From Raphidiopsis brookii D9 (lineage in GTDB: Bacteria > Cyanobacteriota > Cyanobacteriia > Cyanobacteriales > Nostocaceae), in the NCBI GenBank assembly GCA_000175855.1, contig ACYB01000042.1:210001-242000 (forward strand): DNA of 32,000 bases, given 5' to 3'. The translations under genes were made by a program, and so were the position numbers. Under the pieces are notes generated by a model. It saw only the letters and a program-made list of their open reading frames with translations, did not search any database and was not told where the DNA came from. This document shows, piece by piece, positions 11,201 to 21,676 of the stretch (its first letter is position 1; each line of letters starts with the position of its first letter).

Positions 11201-13686
11201 CAACAGGTTTAATGCTCAGGAAGTTAAATGTGTGGTTCTCTTAACTTGTAACTCAAACATTAATTTCTGGAAAAATCACTTACAACAAACCATAGGTAGT
11301 TTATCAGAATGCATGAATTATGGCATGGAAACTGGCGATTTAGAACATGTTGGTTATGCATCTGCTATCTATAATCAAAATAAATTTTTAATTGGTGAAA
11401 ATTTAACCTGTCTTTTACAGGAATTGGAACCCATATAAATTTAATGTATAGATTTAAACAACAGGGCGCAGTTCTAGTACATTTAATTTGGAAGCAATTA
11501 GTTTTAGAGTTGTTAAATTATGATCCCAGTTCTGGTTCTTTTCATAATTCATTTGATAACATTGAATTGTTATCAATCTTAATCCAATCTAAAGCTTCTA
11601 CTCTAATATTCACATTCTACTTGGCTAAAACCATATTTTTCTACCTATTCCATAATTATCAAAAATCTTTAGAAGCTGTTCTTCAAATGACTCAACATTT
11701 GAATTACGTCTCTACTCAGATTGGTTGTAGCCAATATAATTTTTATTATTCTTTGGTTCTACTGGGTGAATACTCCCAAAAATCAAATGCAAATCAAAGA
11801 AAATTTAAGAAAAATACGAAAAATACTTACAAACTGTTAAATTCAATCAAGAATCTATGGCAATATGGGCCAGTAAATGTCCAGAAAATTATCAGCATAA
11901 GTATGATTTAATAGCAGCAGAAATGGCAAGAGTTCTCGGCAATCATTGGCAAGCAGGTGAACTTTATGATCAAGCTATTATGGGTGCTAGAAAAAATAGA
12001 TACATTCAGGAAGAAGCTCTGGCAAATGAGTTAGCTGCTAGATTCTATCTTAATTGTGGTAGGAACAAAATTGCCCAAACTTACTTAATTGATGCTTATT
12101 ATTGTTATCTAAATTGGGGTGCTAGGTCAAAAGTAATAGATCTGGAAATATCTTATCCTGAATTACTTGCTCCTGTCATCAAACCCAGAACAATAATTGC
12201 AGAAGAAACAAGTTTTATGACTAAAATTATGGATAGCAACAAAAATGTATCAGCTATCCTAGATTTGGAAACAGTTACAAAAGCATCCTTAGCCATTTCA
12301 TCAGAAATAAAAATAGATAAGTTACTGGGCACTTTATTGAATGTAATTATTGAAAATACGGGAGCGAAAAAAGCTGCGTTAGTTCTTAAAAAAGAATCCA
12401 GCTTGTTTACTGTAGTACAAGAAAATCAAAATACCGGTTGGGAACTCATACCAATTAAGGATAGTCAGGATATCCCAATTAATATAATCAATTATGTCAA
12501 CAACACTCAAAATGAAATACTTATTGATAGTAATAGTATAGATAAAAAATTTGCTGTAGATCCTTATATTATCAAATATCAGCCCAAGTCTATGCTGTGT
12601 AATCCTATATTAAAACATGGACAAATTATAGGTATAATTTATCTGGAAAATCGCTTGACTACGGGTGCATTTACTCCCGAAAGACTGAAAGTTTTAAAAC
12701 TACTATCTTCCCAAGCAGCTATTTCTTTAGAGAATGCTGAACTATATGAAAATTTGGAAGAAAAAGTCGCCATTAGAACTAAGGAGTTAAATGATAATAA
12801 TCTCTATCTGGAAAAAACTTTACAGGAGTTAAAATCTACCCAAATGCAGTTGATTCACACGGAAAAAATGTCCAGTTTAGGGCAAATGGTAGCTAGTATA
12901 GCTCATGAAATCAACAATCCTGTCAATTTTATATATGCTAATGTTGATCACGCCATTGACTATATTCAATACCTACTAGATTTACTCAATATCTATCAAC
13001 AAGAATATCCCACTCCCCACCAGATAATTGTGGAAAAAAGTAAGTCTATAAATCTTGATTTTTTAGTATCTGATTTACCAAAGGTATTAAATTCTATGTC
13101 CGTAGGTGCGGAAAGAATTCGAGATTTAGTTGTGAGTTTACGTAATTTTTCTCGTGTCGATGAATCAGAAATTAAACCTTTGGATGTTCACCAGAGTATT
13201 GACAGCACCTTAATCCTCTTACAACCTCAATTTAAGGAAAAGTTAGGATCTGCTAAAAATATTATTTTCAAAAATTATAGTAATCTGCCATTAATTACTT
13301 GTTATGCTTCTCAGTTAAATCAAGTGTTTATGAATATGATTAGTAATGCAATTGATGCTATATATGAGCATCGAAAAAATTTGTCAGGAGCAGCAAAAGA
13401 GACTTTTACTGGTCAAATAATCATCTCCACATTAGTGATTAATCGTGATTGGGTGGGTGTTTGCATTAAAGATAATGGTAAGGGGATGACTAACGAAGTG
13501 AAAAACCGAATTTTCGAGCCTTTTTTCACAACCAAACCCGTAGGTGAAGGTACTGGTTTAGGATTATCTATTAGTTATCAAATTATAGTCAATCAACATC
13601 GGGGAAAAATTGATTGTCTATCCCAACCAGGAATGGGAACAGAATTTGTCATCCAAATCCCCACGAATTGTTCTCAATACGATTAG
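8269..13686 (+). pseudogene. Giant multidomain sensor (Ser/Thr kinase - AAA/NTPase - TPR-like - GAF - HisKA/HATPase), broken by three frameshifts
   Basis: Four consecutive ORFs (8200-8715, 8712-11438, 11444-11911, 11857-13686) read as one roughly 1800-aa protein. Order of domains: kinase (HKDIKPK...DFS, SPEQ), P-loop (GSSGIGKT), DDLQWAD Walker-B-like motif, helical repeats, GAF, HisKA (ASIAHEINNPVN), HATPase (N, G1 DNGKGM, G2 GTGLGLS). Each junction is repaired by adding one base: A5 at 8673-8677, C3 at 11430-11432, A5 at 11810-11814. Confidence 0.85.
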
Positions 13687-13798
13687 AATATTGTGGGAGC
13701 GTAAAAGCCCATGAAACTAAATACTATTCATGAGCAGTTAAGTGCAACTAAATGCAATTAAACTTGTTGCAATTATTTAAGGTTATCTAGTTTTTCTA

Positions 13799-14311
13799 TC
13801 AGTCCTCATCTTCCTCATCTTCATATTCTTCATCAAAAATCTCATCTATTAACTCTTCAGCACGATCATCAGAAATCTTTAATGCTTCCTGTAGTGCAAG
13901 TAGATAGTCTTGGTCAGCTTCGGACAATTCCTCATCAATATCCATGATGAGTAGGGCCAGGACGTATGCGATTTCACAATAAATACCTTCATCTTCTAAT
14001 TTTAATAGAGATGAAATAGCACTGGGGATGAGATCCTCAAGTCGGTTCTTGTTTTCATCAATATAGGAATCCACTGTAGATGATAAAGCATTAAATTCTT
14101 CTTCAGTGTATTCATCAAAAATTTGTAAACCATCAAACAGGTCAGGGATGGGATAGTCTTTAGTGTAAATAATACCTTCTTGCTCATTAGCAGCGGAAAA
14201 AAGTCCGAGGATAGAGATAGCTACCTCCGGTTTGAGGTCAAGAGGATTTTGACTGGTGCCCTTAACGAGCTGACTTTTAGACTGTGTTTTGGACATAGGG
14301 ATCCTTGTCAT
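13799..14311 (-). CDS. Acidic hypothetical protein (possibly TerB-like fold) with a poly-D/E C-terminus
   Basis: 170-aa ORF ending in the strongly acidic tail EEYEDEEDED. No catalytic motif recognised. The start may be the internal MSKTQ. Confidence 0.5.
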   Translation of the reverse strand: MTRIPMSKTQSKSQLVKGTSQNPLDLKPEVAISILGLFSAANEQEGIIYTKDYPIPDLFDGLQIFDEYTEEEFNALSSTVDSYIDENKNRLEDLIPSAISSLLKLEDEGIYCEIAYVLALLIMDIDEELSEADQDYLLALQEALKISDDRAEELIDEIFDEEYEDEEDED

Positions 14312-14436
14312 TTAATCAATACTATCCTACCTTGAGAGATGGAAAATACCTAAGTCATATTCCCCAATCCACTGGAAATTAGTGATATGATGTTTTATTA
14401 TCATGACCACCACAAGACCAATTAGAAAACAGACCC

Positions 14437-15390
14437 ATGACAATGGGAAAAAGAACACAGGCCAAAGAGCTGGAAGTTAGACTACTGCGAGAAGGTATTA
14501 TCGAATCTCGACACGTAGTACAAGCTGCAGTTAGCGATCACAGAGGAAGGGTTTTATCTGTAGCTGGTAACGCTGAAACAGCTACATTTGCACGTTCCGC
14601 ATTGAAACCATTTCAAGCTCTAGCTGTGACTAGTACGGGCACCATAGAACGCTATGGTTTGAGCGATCGCGACCTAGCAATTATCACTAGTTCTCACCAA
14701 GGTAGCATTGAACAAGTTAGACAAGTATTTAATATTATCTGGCGGGTTGACTTAGAAACAACTACGTTACAATGCCCCATTCCTTCCGGCAAACGCAGTC
14801 CATTAGAATATAATTGTTCTGGTAAACATGCGGGTATGTTAGCTGTTTGTCAGCAAAGGCACTGGCCTTTAAATAGTTATTTAGATAGAAAACATCCTGT
14901 GCAACAGTTGATTTTGGGCAAAGTAGCAGAACTACTAAGAATGCCAGCAGCAGAATTTATTGGTGTTCATGACGATTGTGGTGCACCGACATATCTCATG
15001 CAAGTCGGTCAAATGGCTTTCTTATATGCTCTCTTAGGATCTAGCAATAACCTGGACATGGAAAGGATTGTGCGAGCAATGAATCACCATCCAGTGATGG
15101 TAGCTGGAGAAGGAGAATTTGACACGGAAATAATGCGATTGGCCCCTGGAGAACTAATTAGTAAGTCTGGATCTGAAGGAGTGCAGTGTATTAGTAGACT
15201 GGGAGAAGGAATGGGATTGGCTCTTAAGGTAACAGATGGAAGCAAACGAGCTAAGTACGCAGCAGCTATTCATCTACTACAGCAAATGGGATGGATTAGT
15301 CCTAGTGTGGCCCAAAGTTTGGGAGATAAATTCATGAACCTGAGTAAATACAAGCGTTTGGAGGTAATTGGAGAATTATCACTTTTATAG
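14437..15390 (+). CDS. Asparaginase family protein (L-asparaginase II type)
   Basis: 317 aa. RSALKPFQALA, SSHQG, CSGKHAGML and GSEGV motifs fit the Asparaginase_II family as I recall it. Confidence 0.8.
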   Translation: MTMGKRTQAKELEVRLLREGIIESRHVVQAAVSDHRGRVLSVAGNAETATFARSALKPFQALAVTSTGTIERYGLSDRDLAIITSSHQGSIEQVRQVFNIIWRVDLETTTLQCPIPSGKRSPLEYNCSGKHAGMLAVCQQRHWPLNSYLDRKHPVQQLILGKVAELLRMPAAEFIGVHDDCGAPTYLMQVGQMAFLYALLGSSNNLDMERIVRAMNHHPVMVAGEGEFDTEIMRLAPGELISKSGSEGVQCISRLGEGMGLALKVTDGSKRAKYAAAIHLLQQMGWISPSVAQSLGDKFMNLSKYKRLEVIGELSLL

Positions 15391-15442
15391 TTGACAAATT
15401 CTAAATTTGGAGTTATATTAAGTGGGTAGAGAAAAAAGGCGA

Positions 15443-15516
<74 letters not shown>

Positions 15517-15541
15517 TTTGTATGGTACAAAAAAACTAGTT

Positions 15542-15570
15542 ACCCCACTGGATTTAAGAAGTGGGGTTTA
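15542..15570. terminator. Hairpin between convergent tRNA-fMet and ribF, probably a bidirectional terminator
   Basis: ACCCCACT (15542-15549) pairs with AGTGGGGT (15560-15567). TTT follows on the + strand, and a T7 run follows on the - strand after a 6-nt spacer. Confidence 0.5.
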
Positions 15571-15573
15571 TGC

Positions 15574-16575
15574 CTACTCAGCGGCAAACAAATTTTTGGC
15601 GCTGACACAGTCTGTTTGAATTTGGCGTTTAAGAGCTTCCAAATTGGGAAAATTTTGTTCAGGACGTAAGAATTTTACTAGCTCTACTACCAGTTGTTTA
15701 CCATATAAGTCGCCTTCCCAATCAAATAAATGTACTTCTACAGATAAAGAATAGCCATTGACTGTAGGGCGATTGCCTATATTCATCACCCCAAGGATAA
15801 CCTGGGGACTCGTGTCTGTTAAAACCCTAACAGCATATACTCCTTGAAGAGGTAAAAATTTATCCTGTGATAGTTGAAGATTAGCTGTGGGAAATCCGAT
15901 AGTTCTACCTAGTTTTTTTCCGGTGACTACTATGCCAGATAGAGTATAAGGTCTTCCCAATAGACGGTTAGCCCTGGGAATATCACCTAGAGATAAAGAT
16001 TCTCGGATTAGGGAAGTGCTAATACGATTATCTTGACCATCTAGTGCCCCATCATTTGCGGGTAAATTAATCATATCCATTTGAATAGGAACTATATTAA
16101 CAGGTATATTGTAAAAACCGGCTAAAATTTGCAAATCCCTAGCAGTGCCAAGACGCTTTTGACCAAAACAAAAGTCTTCACCCACACTAATTTTTTGACA
16201 TTGGAGTTGTTGTACCAGGATTTTTTCTACAAAATCCCGGGGTGAAAGAGCAGATAATTCCCTATCAAAGGGTAGTAATACTAGTTGATCTATACCTAAC
16301 CCTTGTAGACACTCTATTTTTTCCACCAGTGGTGTTAACAGAGTGCGGGGTTGGCCACTAAAAAATTCCTCAGGATGGGGATCAAAGGTAACAACTGTTG
16401 AGTAGATGGACTTTATATTGTCTTGGGTGTGGGAATTTCGAACCGGTTCAATAACTCGTTGATGACCAAGATGAACACCATCAAACTTACCAAGAGCAAC
16501 AGCAGTTGGTGTTAGTATCTGGTCTGTGGAAGCAGCAACCCAGATAGAAGACCTATTTTGAGTCAAATTTAGCAC
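15574..16575 (-). CDS. ribF: Bifunctional riboflavin kinase / FMN adenylyltransferase
   Basis: 333 aa. The N-terminal FAD synthetase has ALGKFDGVHLGHQ. The C-terminal riboflavin kinase has GFPTANL...GVY...MNIGNRPT...EVHLFD. Confidence 0.92.
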   Translation of the reverse strand: MLNLTQNRSSIWVAASTDQILTPTAVALGKFDGVHLGHQRVIEPVRNSHTQDNIKSIYSTVVTFDPHPEEFFSGQPRTLLTPLVEKIECLQGLGIDQLVLLPFDRELSALSPRDFVEKILVQQLQCQKISVGEDFCFGQKRLGTARDLQILAGFYNIPVNIVPIQMDMINLPANDGALDGQDNRISTSLIRESLSLGDIPRANRLLGRPYTLSGIVVTGKKLGRTIGFPTANLQLSQDKFLPLQGVYAVRVLTDTSPQVILGVMNIGNRPTVNGYSLSVEVHLFDWEGDLYGKQLVVELVKFLRPEQNFPNLEALKRQIQTDCVSAKNLFAAE

Positions 16576-16652
16576 TTAGATTTACTTAGTGGTATTAAGG
16601 GGATGGTCGACATGGTCAAATCTATTCAAGGTATGAAATAATAACTGTGTGA

Positions 16653-17051
16653 GTGACCATAAGAGATAAGGATAAAGTTAGGATGTATATGGGCTTTGAT
16701 CAAGACAAACGCAAAATACTCTCCGCCCTGTGCCACGGTGCGATTTTCTTTAGCACTACTGTGATATCTGTGGGTTTACCTGTTGCCATACTAATTATTT
16801 CCGATGACCCAGTTGTTAAAGATAATGCCAAGGAGTCCATAAATTTCCATTTTAACGTTTGGTTTTATGGGGCCATTTTAGCAGGTTTGTTTTTTCTGTT
16901 GGGTTGGTTAGTTTTACCCCTAATAATATTACTTCCTCTAGCGGGTGTGGGATATTTAATTCATTGGGGACTGACAATTTTTGCCATTCTCAAGGTCTTG
17001 GCAAATCCAGACCTGGCCTTTAGCTATCCTTTTATCTTTCGAGTTTTTTAA
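16653..17051 (+). CDS. DUF4870-like small membrane protein
   Basis: ORF with several hydrophobic helices and the ESINFHFNVW motif. The likely start is the ATG at 16683 rather than the GTG at 16653. Confidence 0.6.
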   Translation: MTIRDKDKVRMYMGFDQDKRKILSALCHGAIFFSTTVISVGLPVAILIISDDPVVKDNAKESINFHFNVWFYGAILAGLFFLLGWLVLPLIILLPLAGVGYLIHWGLTIFAILKVLANPDLAFSYPFIFRVF

Positions 17052-17145
17052 AAGTCAACATTAATTTTTGGTAAATTATTTCCGAGAAAGTATCAACCCA
17101 GCTGTAAAATATGAAGTTGCCCCATAGCTTGATTAGCAGTGAAGT

Positions 17146-17173
17146 AAACACAGTTAAGCAGTGTTTTTATTTT
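17146..17173 (+). terminator. Weak intrinsic-terminator-like hairpin after the DUF4870 gene
   Basis: AAACAC (17146-17151) pairs with GTGTTT (17161-17166) across a 9-nt loop and is followed by TTATTTT. The stem is short and AT-rich. Confidence 0.3.
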
Positions 17174-17256
17174 AGCTGAAAGTCCAAGACCCGATTATGG
17201 TGTTTTTGACTGTTTCTTGTATGTTCACCACATTGTCTGAGATCAAATTAGGTTTT

Positions 17257-18234
17257 ATGTTTCCCACCCATCGTCCCCGTCGTTTACGTACCCATCCTCA
17301 ATTACGTCGGATGGTGCGTGAAACAGTCTTAACTAGAAGTGATTTAATCTATCCTTTGTTTGCTGTTCCTGGTCAAAGTATTGCTAATGAGGTAAAATCC
17401 ATGCCAGGGGTTTATCAACTTTCCATAGACAAAATTGTGGAAGAAGCAAAGGAGGTCTATGATTTAGGAATTCCAGCAATTATTTTATTCGGTATACCTG
17501 AAGACAAAGATATAGATGCTACTGGTGCCTGGCATGACTGTGGTATTGTACAAAAGGCAACAACCGCAGTTAAACAAGCAGTTCCAGATTTAATCGTGGT
17601 CACGGATACTTGTTTGTGTGAGTACACTAGTCATGGTCATTGTGGTTACTTACAAACAGGAGACTTAACGGGAAGAGTGTTAAATGATCCCACTTTAGAG
17701 TTGTTGAAAAAAACTGCAATTTCTCAAGCTCAAGCTGGTGCTGATATTATTGCTCCTTCTGGAATGATGGATGGTTTTGTCCAAGCTATTCGCGCTGGCT
17801 TAGATGAAGCGGGTTTTGAAAATATTCCCATCATGTCTTATGCTGCCAAGTATGCTTCTGCCTATTATGGTCCATTTAGAGATGCCGCAGACTCCACACC
17901 GCAATTTGGTGACAGACGCACTTACCAAATGGATCCGGCTAATTCCCGGGAAGCTCTTAAAGAAATAGAGTTGGATATTATTGAAGGTGCTGATATGCTG
18001 ATGGTAAAACCAGCCTTGGCATATATGGATATTATTTGGCAGGTTAAACAAGCAAGTAATTTACCTGTGGCAGCTTACAATGTATCTGGAGAGTATTCTA
18101 TGGTAAAAGCAGCTGCTTTAAATGGCTGGATAGATGAGCAGCGAGTTGTTATGGAAACTCTAACAGGATTTAAGCGTGCAGGTGCTGACATGATTCTGAC
18201 CTATCATGCTAAAGAAGCGGTTAAATGGTTGTAG
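17257..18234 (+). CDS. hemB: Porphobilinogen synthase (delta-aminolevulinate dehydratase)
   Basis: [12 protein letters not shown]-terminus, [14 protein letters not shown] metal site, and active-site lysine regions ([13 protein letters not shown]). The track ORF begins at 17197, but the conserved N-terminus starts at the ATG at 17257. Confidence 0.93.
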   Translation: MFPTHRPRRLRTHPQLRRMVRETVLTRSDLIYPLFAVPGQSIANEVKSMPGVYQLSIDKIVEEAKEVYDLGIPAIILFGIPEDKDIDATGAWHDCGIVQKATTAVKQAVPDLIVVTDTCLCEYTSHGHCGYLQTGDLTGRVLNDPTLELLKKTAISQAQAGADIIAPSGMMDGFVQAIRAGLDEAGFENIPIMSYAAKYASAYYGPFRDAADSTPQFGDRRTYQMDPANSREALKEIELDIIEGADMLMVKPALAYMDIIWQVKQASNLPVAAYNVSGEYSMVKAAALNGWIDEQRVVMETLTGFKRAGADMILTYHAKEAVKWL

Positions 18235-18269
18235 ATAAATATCTTGGTAGATATATCTTGTATTTACGA

Positions 18270-18524
18270 TCAGGTGGATTCACTGCTTTTTGCTGAGTTG
18301 GTAGTGATTTCAATGAGGAGAACGCATCCAGGGGGAAATTTTGTCTCTTCTACTGCGATCGCAGGCGCATCACCAGACTGAACCAGTTGATGAATGCGGG
18401 CTCGACGCACAGTTACCATAGCAAATTCTGCTGCTACAAAAAAGGCGTTAATTGTTATCAAAATTAGTATTGACAACAATTTTAATCCTATATCTGTCCA
18501 AATTAACTGGGGAAAAGTGATCAC
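18270..18524 (-). pseudogene. Truncated remnant of a DUF21/CBS (CNNM/TlyC hemolysin-family) membrane protein
   Basis: The first ~57 aa (LILITINAFFVAAEFAMVTVRRARIHQLVQSGD) match the DUF21 N-terminus of proteins that are normally 350-450 aa. The reading frame then diverges and stops at 84 aa. No CBS or CorC domain follows. Confidence 0.6.
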
Positions 18525-18619
18525 CTCTCAAGCTCGTGTAGAATAATTTTTATGGGAATTTTAGACTGCTCCCAACTCCCTATTCTAGATGAAATTTGGT
18601 GTTGATTTTTTATTTTTCC

Positions 18620-19333
18620 TTATTTTTCTACGGGAATATCAGACAGCTGTAATTTGAGTTTTTGAGCAGGGTAGTCTGTTAGAGACAAGGTTAAACTACT
18701 CACATCATTAAGTAAAGCAGTGGGGATGCTAATGTTACCCATAAATACGGACCCGTTACCTGGCAGCTCGGCAGGTAAACCTTCCGTAGTAGCAGTTAAA
18801 ACTCTGCCTCTATTATCGGTGACATCCAGAAAACTATATAAAAATCTCACAGATTCATTAGATTGATTGTGCATTTTGACCTTGAGTATGAGTTGACCAC
18901 CGGAATAACTAGCTGACTGTACGGACATATTTACACCCTCACTTTCAGCCACCACAGGAAATCCTGGCTGTGGTGGTTCTTCTGGAAGTTCTTGTGCTTT
19001 TTGTTGAGATTTATCTTTTGTGGATACTGTTTGCTCCTCTTCTTCGACCTTTTTTGTTCGATTAGTTTTAGTCTTGTTTTGTTCTATTCTTTTTTTTACC
19101 TGATTAATTATATCCTCTTCTTTCAAGAAAGATATGGGAACGGATTGCAAATTATTATTCCCACTACTAATTAACTTAGATGTGGGACGACCATCTGGTG
19201 ATGTTACTCCCTTGAGAGCAGAGCTTCCCATAGAAAAACCCAAAAAGGCACTAACCGAACCTGTCATCAGCATGAGGGCCACCAAAATTAAGGTTAGAAC
19301 CGCAGTCGAATTTGTTGTCATCATTGTCATCAC
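18620..19333 (-). CDS. Hypothetical membrane-anchored/secreted protein with a K/E-rich linker
   Basis: 237-aa ORF with an N-terminal hydrophobic helix, a charged low-complexity linker and a beta-rich C-terminal domain. No family recognised. Confidence 0.45.
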   Translation of the reverse strand: MMTMMTTNSTAVLTLILVALMLMTGSVSAFLGFSMGSSALKGVTSPDGRPTSKLISSGNNNLQSVPISFLKEEDIINQVKKRIEQNKTKTNRTKKVEEEEQTVSTKDKSQQKAQELPEEPPQPGFPVVAESEGVNMSVQSASYSGGQLILKVKMHNQSNESVRFLYSFLDVTDNRGRVLTATTEGLPAELPGNGSVFMGNISIPTALLNDVSSLTLSLTDYPAQKLKLQLSDIPVEK

Positions 19334-19999
19334 TGTCAGACCTTGTTTAATAGCGATTTCCAGCCTAAACGAAAAATTTTTTTTTTGGTTGGCGTAAAAT
19401 TCTAAAAACTATGCTATGTTAGTTTGAGTTGGTTTAAACCCCAACCAACTAGCGCCTTTGGCCGATTGGGGAGGCAACGAACTCAGTGCGACAGTCTCAA
19501 CTCCATCCATGAGGGTGAAAGTCCCTCCATCAAGTCAGATGATGACTCCAGTGTACACTTCTCTATTCTGACCCAATAGAGGGGGGAAGCAAGTACACAA
19601 ATCCAACGCCAAGAGAGTCCGCTCAAAGCAGAGGAAAGGGAGTTCATATGGCTAACGAAAGTGAACCTACGTGAGAACTACGGTCAAATACAGCAGTGAA
19701 ATGGACTGACACACTGCGAACAAAAGTTCAATGTGGCAAGTGGAGTAACCCCTATGTTGAGTGATAGGAATTCTGACCTTCCAGACCACACCGTAGAAAG
19801 TAGGAGCCTAAGTGAACACAATAATGGTTGGCGAACAAAGATTGGGAACTAACTGTCTTGTAAACCTTTATAAGGAGGCTAGGTCAAAGCCCTAAGATAG
19901 TTGGGAAGGAACTTACCTCAAGCCAAAGTCTACCTGTAATGGGTAGAATATGCCGAAAGGTAAGTGGCTACATTTGAGGTGAATCAAAGATAAAAGCCG

Positions 20000-21676
20000 A
20001 TGACTAAAGCTCAAGAAGCAGTATGGACACGTTTGGACTGGAGTGAAATCCAATACAAGGTGTCGCGGTTGCAATCCAAGATTTATCAAGCATCTCTAAC
20101 TGGAGACAAAAGTTCTGTTGTTAAATATCAGAAAATCCTAATAAATTCCTACAGCGCCAAACTATTGGCAATTAAAAAGGTCACACAGGATAACAAGGGT
20201 AAAAAAACAGCAGATGGTAAGGAATGGGTCAAACTAGCTCAGAACCTGGAACTAGACGGAAAGGCAAGTCCATTAACATGGGTAAAAGTCCCTAAGTCAA
20301 ATGGAGAGTTCGGAAATCTAGGAGTTCCCACTGGAGAGGATAAAGCTAAACAGGCGTTAGCAAGAATGGCTCTAGAACCAGAATGGGAAGCCAAATTTGA
20401 ACCCAATAGCTATGGGTTCAGACCAGGGAGAAGCTATCATGATGCCATCATCGCCATTGAGGTTCAGGTCCGTACAAGAACTAACTATGTCCTAAGTGTG
20501 GATATGGGCGGTTGCTTTGACAAAATAAAACATGAGGCAATAATTCAAAGGTGTAACACCTTCCCCATAATGGAGCGTCAAATCATAGCATGGCTGAAAA
20601 GCGGAGTAATGATAGGCGACGTATTCTATCCAACGGAAAGGGGTGTGCCGGTAGGAGGGGTTATTTCGCCCCTCTTAGTAAATATTGCACTACACGGACT
20701 GGAAACTCACATCTCTCAGAAATTGCCTAGTGCCAATCAGGCTCAAGGTAAGCTCGGGGGACTGGTGAGATATGCCCATGACTTCCTGGTACTACACTGG
20801 GAAGAAGAAACCATCAAAGCAGCAAAGACTGAAGTGGAGACCTGGTTGGGAGAAATAGGGTTAAACCTAAATCAACAGAAGGTCAGGATGTGCCACACCA
20901 TGGAGGAATACAACGGAGAAAAGCCGGGACTAGACTTTCTTGGATTTAATATCAGGACCTATAAGATAGGCAAGTATAAATCCAGTGAAAAAGTCAATGG
21001 CGAATTTCCGGGGATGTTAACCAAAGTCAAACCATCGGAGAGGTCCGTGGAAAGATTTGTGAATGACATCAAAGAAACTCTAAATCAAGGGCACGACAAA
21101 AACCCCGCGATAATGATCAAGCAATTGAGCTGGATAATCAGAAGCTGGGCAAACTACTTCAAGTCGGGTAGCCACTCCCGGGAAACTTTTGGTGAATTAC
21201 AAAGCCACAGGCTAGATAAAGTGTATCTAAACTGGGGAAGGAAAAGATTTGCCAAGTATGGTCTTGGGTACATACGCAAGAAGATATTCCACGAAACACC
21301 AAGAAAGACTAGTACTTTCGGGTGGAAGGAAGGAAACACTCTCTTCACAGTGCCCACATTATACGAGTTCCCATACGCCCAATATATCAAAGTAGAGGGA
21401 ATAAGAAGCCCCTATGACGGAGATTGGGTATACTGGACGAAAAGAATGGCTGACCACCCGGAAACACCTCAAGACATCAAGTTCGGAATAGCACAACAGA
21501 AAGGTAAGTGCTACTTATGTGGTCAAAACCTAACTGTTGAGGACTCCCTTAAAATCCATTATATAGGCGGAAATAAAAACAACAACAGAAAAACAAAGGC
21601 AGTAGTACATAATCACTGTCATGAAAGTCACCAAAGGATGACGGTATCTCAAACGGAGATATTGGGTGTAGCTTGA
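20000..21676 (+). CDS. Group II intron-encoded protein (RT/maturase/HNH) with a degenerate RT active site
   Basis: RT blocks are present: SYGFRPGRSYHDAI, SVDMGGCFDKIKHE, GVPVGGVISPLLVNIAL, RYAHDFLVL, LDFLGF. The X/maturase region is LSWIIRSWANYF. The C-terminal Cys/His HNH-like region is CYLCGQ...HNHCHESH. Confidence 0.9.
   Translation: MTKAQEAVWTRLDWSEIQYKVSRLQSKIYQASLTGDKSSVVKYQKILINSYSAKLLAIKKVTQDNKGKKTADGKEWVKLAQNLELDGKASPLTWVKVPKSNGEFGNLGVPTGEDKAKQALARMALEPEWEAKFEPNSYGFRPGRSYHDAIIAIEVQVRTRTNYVLSVDMGGCFDKIKHEAIIQRCNTFPIMERQIIAWLKSGVMIGDVFYPTERGVPVGGVISPLLVNIALHGLETHISQKLPSANQAQGKLGGLVRYAHDFLVLHWEEETIKAAKTEVETWLGEIGLNLNQQKVRMCHTMEEYNGEKPGLDFLGFNIRTYKIGKYKSSEKVNGEFPGMLTKVKPSERSVERFVNDIKETLNQGHDKNPAIMIKQLSWIIRSWANYFKSGSHSRETFGELQSHRLDKVYLNWGRKRFAKYGLGYIRKKIFHETPRKTSTFGWKEGNTLFTVPTLYEFPYAQYIKVEGIRSPYDGDWVYWTKRMADHPETPQDIKFGIAQQKGKCYLCGQNLTVEDSLKIHYIGGNKNNNRKTKAVVHNHCHESHQRMTVSQTEILGVA

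Noticed and set aside
8200-11911. Treating 8200-8715 and 11444-11911 as independent small genes (a stand-alone kinase fragment and a 155-aa protein).
   Set aside because: Both lack their own complete domains, continue the neighbouring ORFs' domains exactly, and are joined by single-base frame corrections.
19427-19490. Bacterial class C group II intron inserted after a terminator hairpin.
   Set aside because: The hairpin is 35 nt upstream of the insertion site with a tRNA half in between, and no T-run follows it. The IEP also carries a C-terminal HNH-like domain, which class C IEPs lack.
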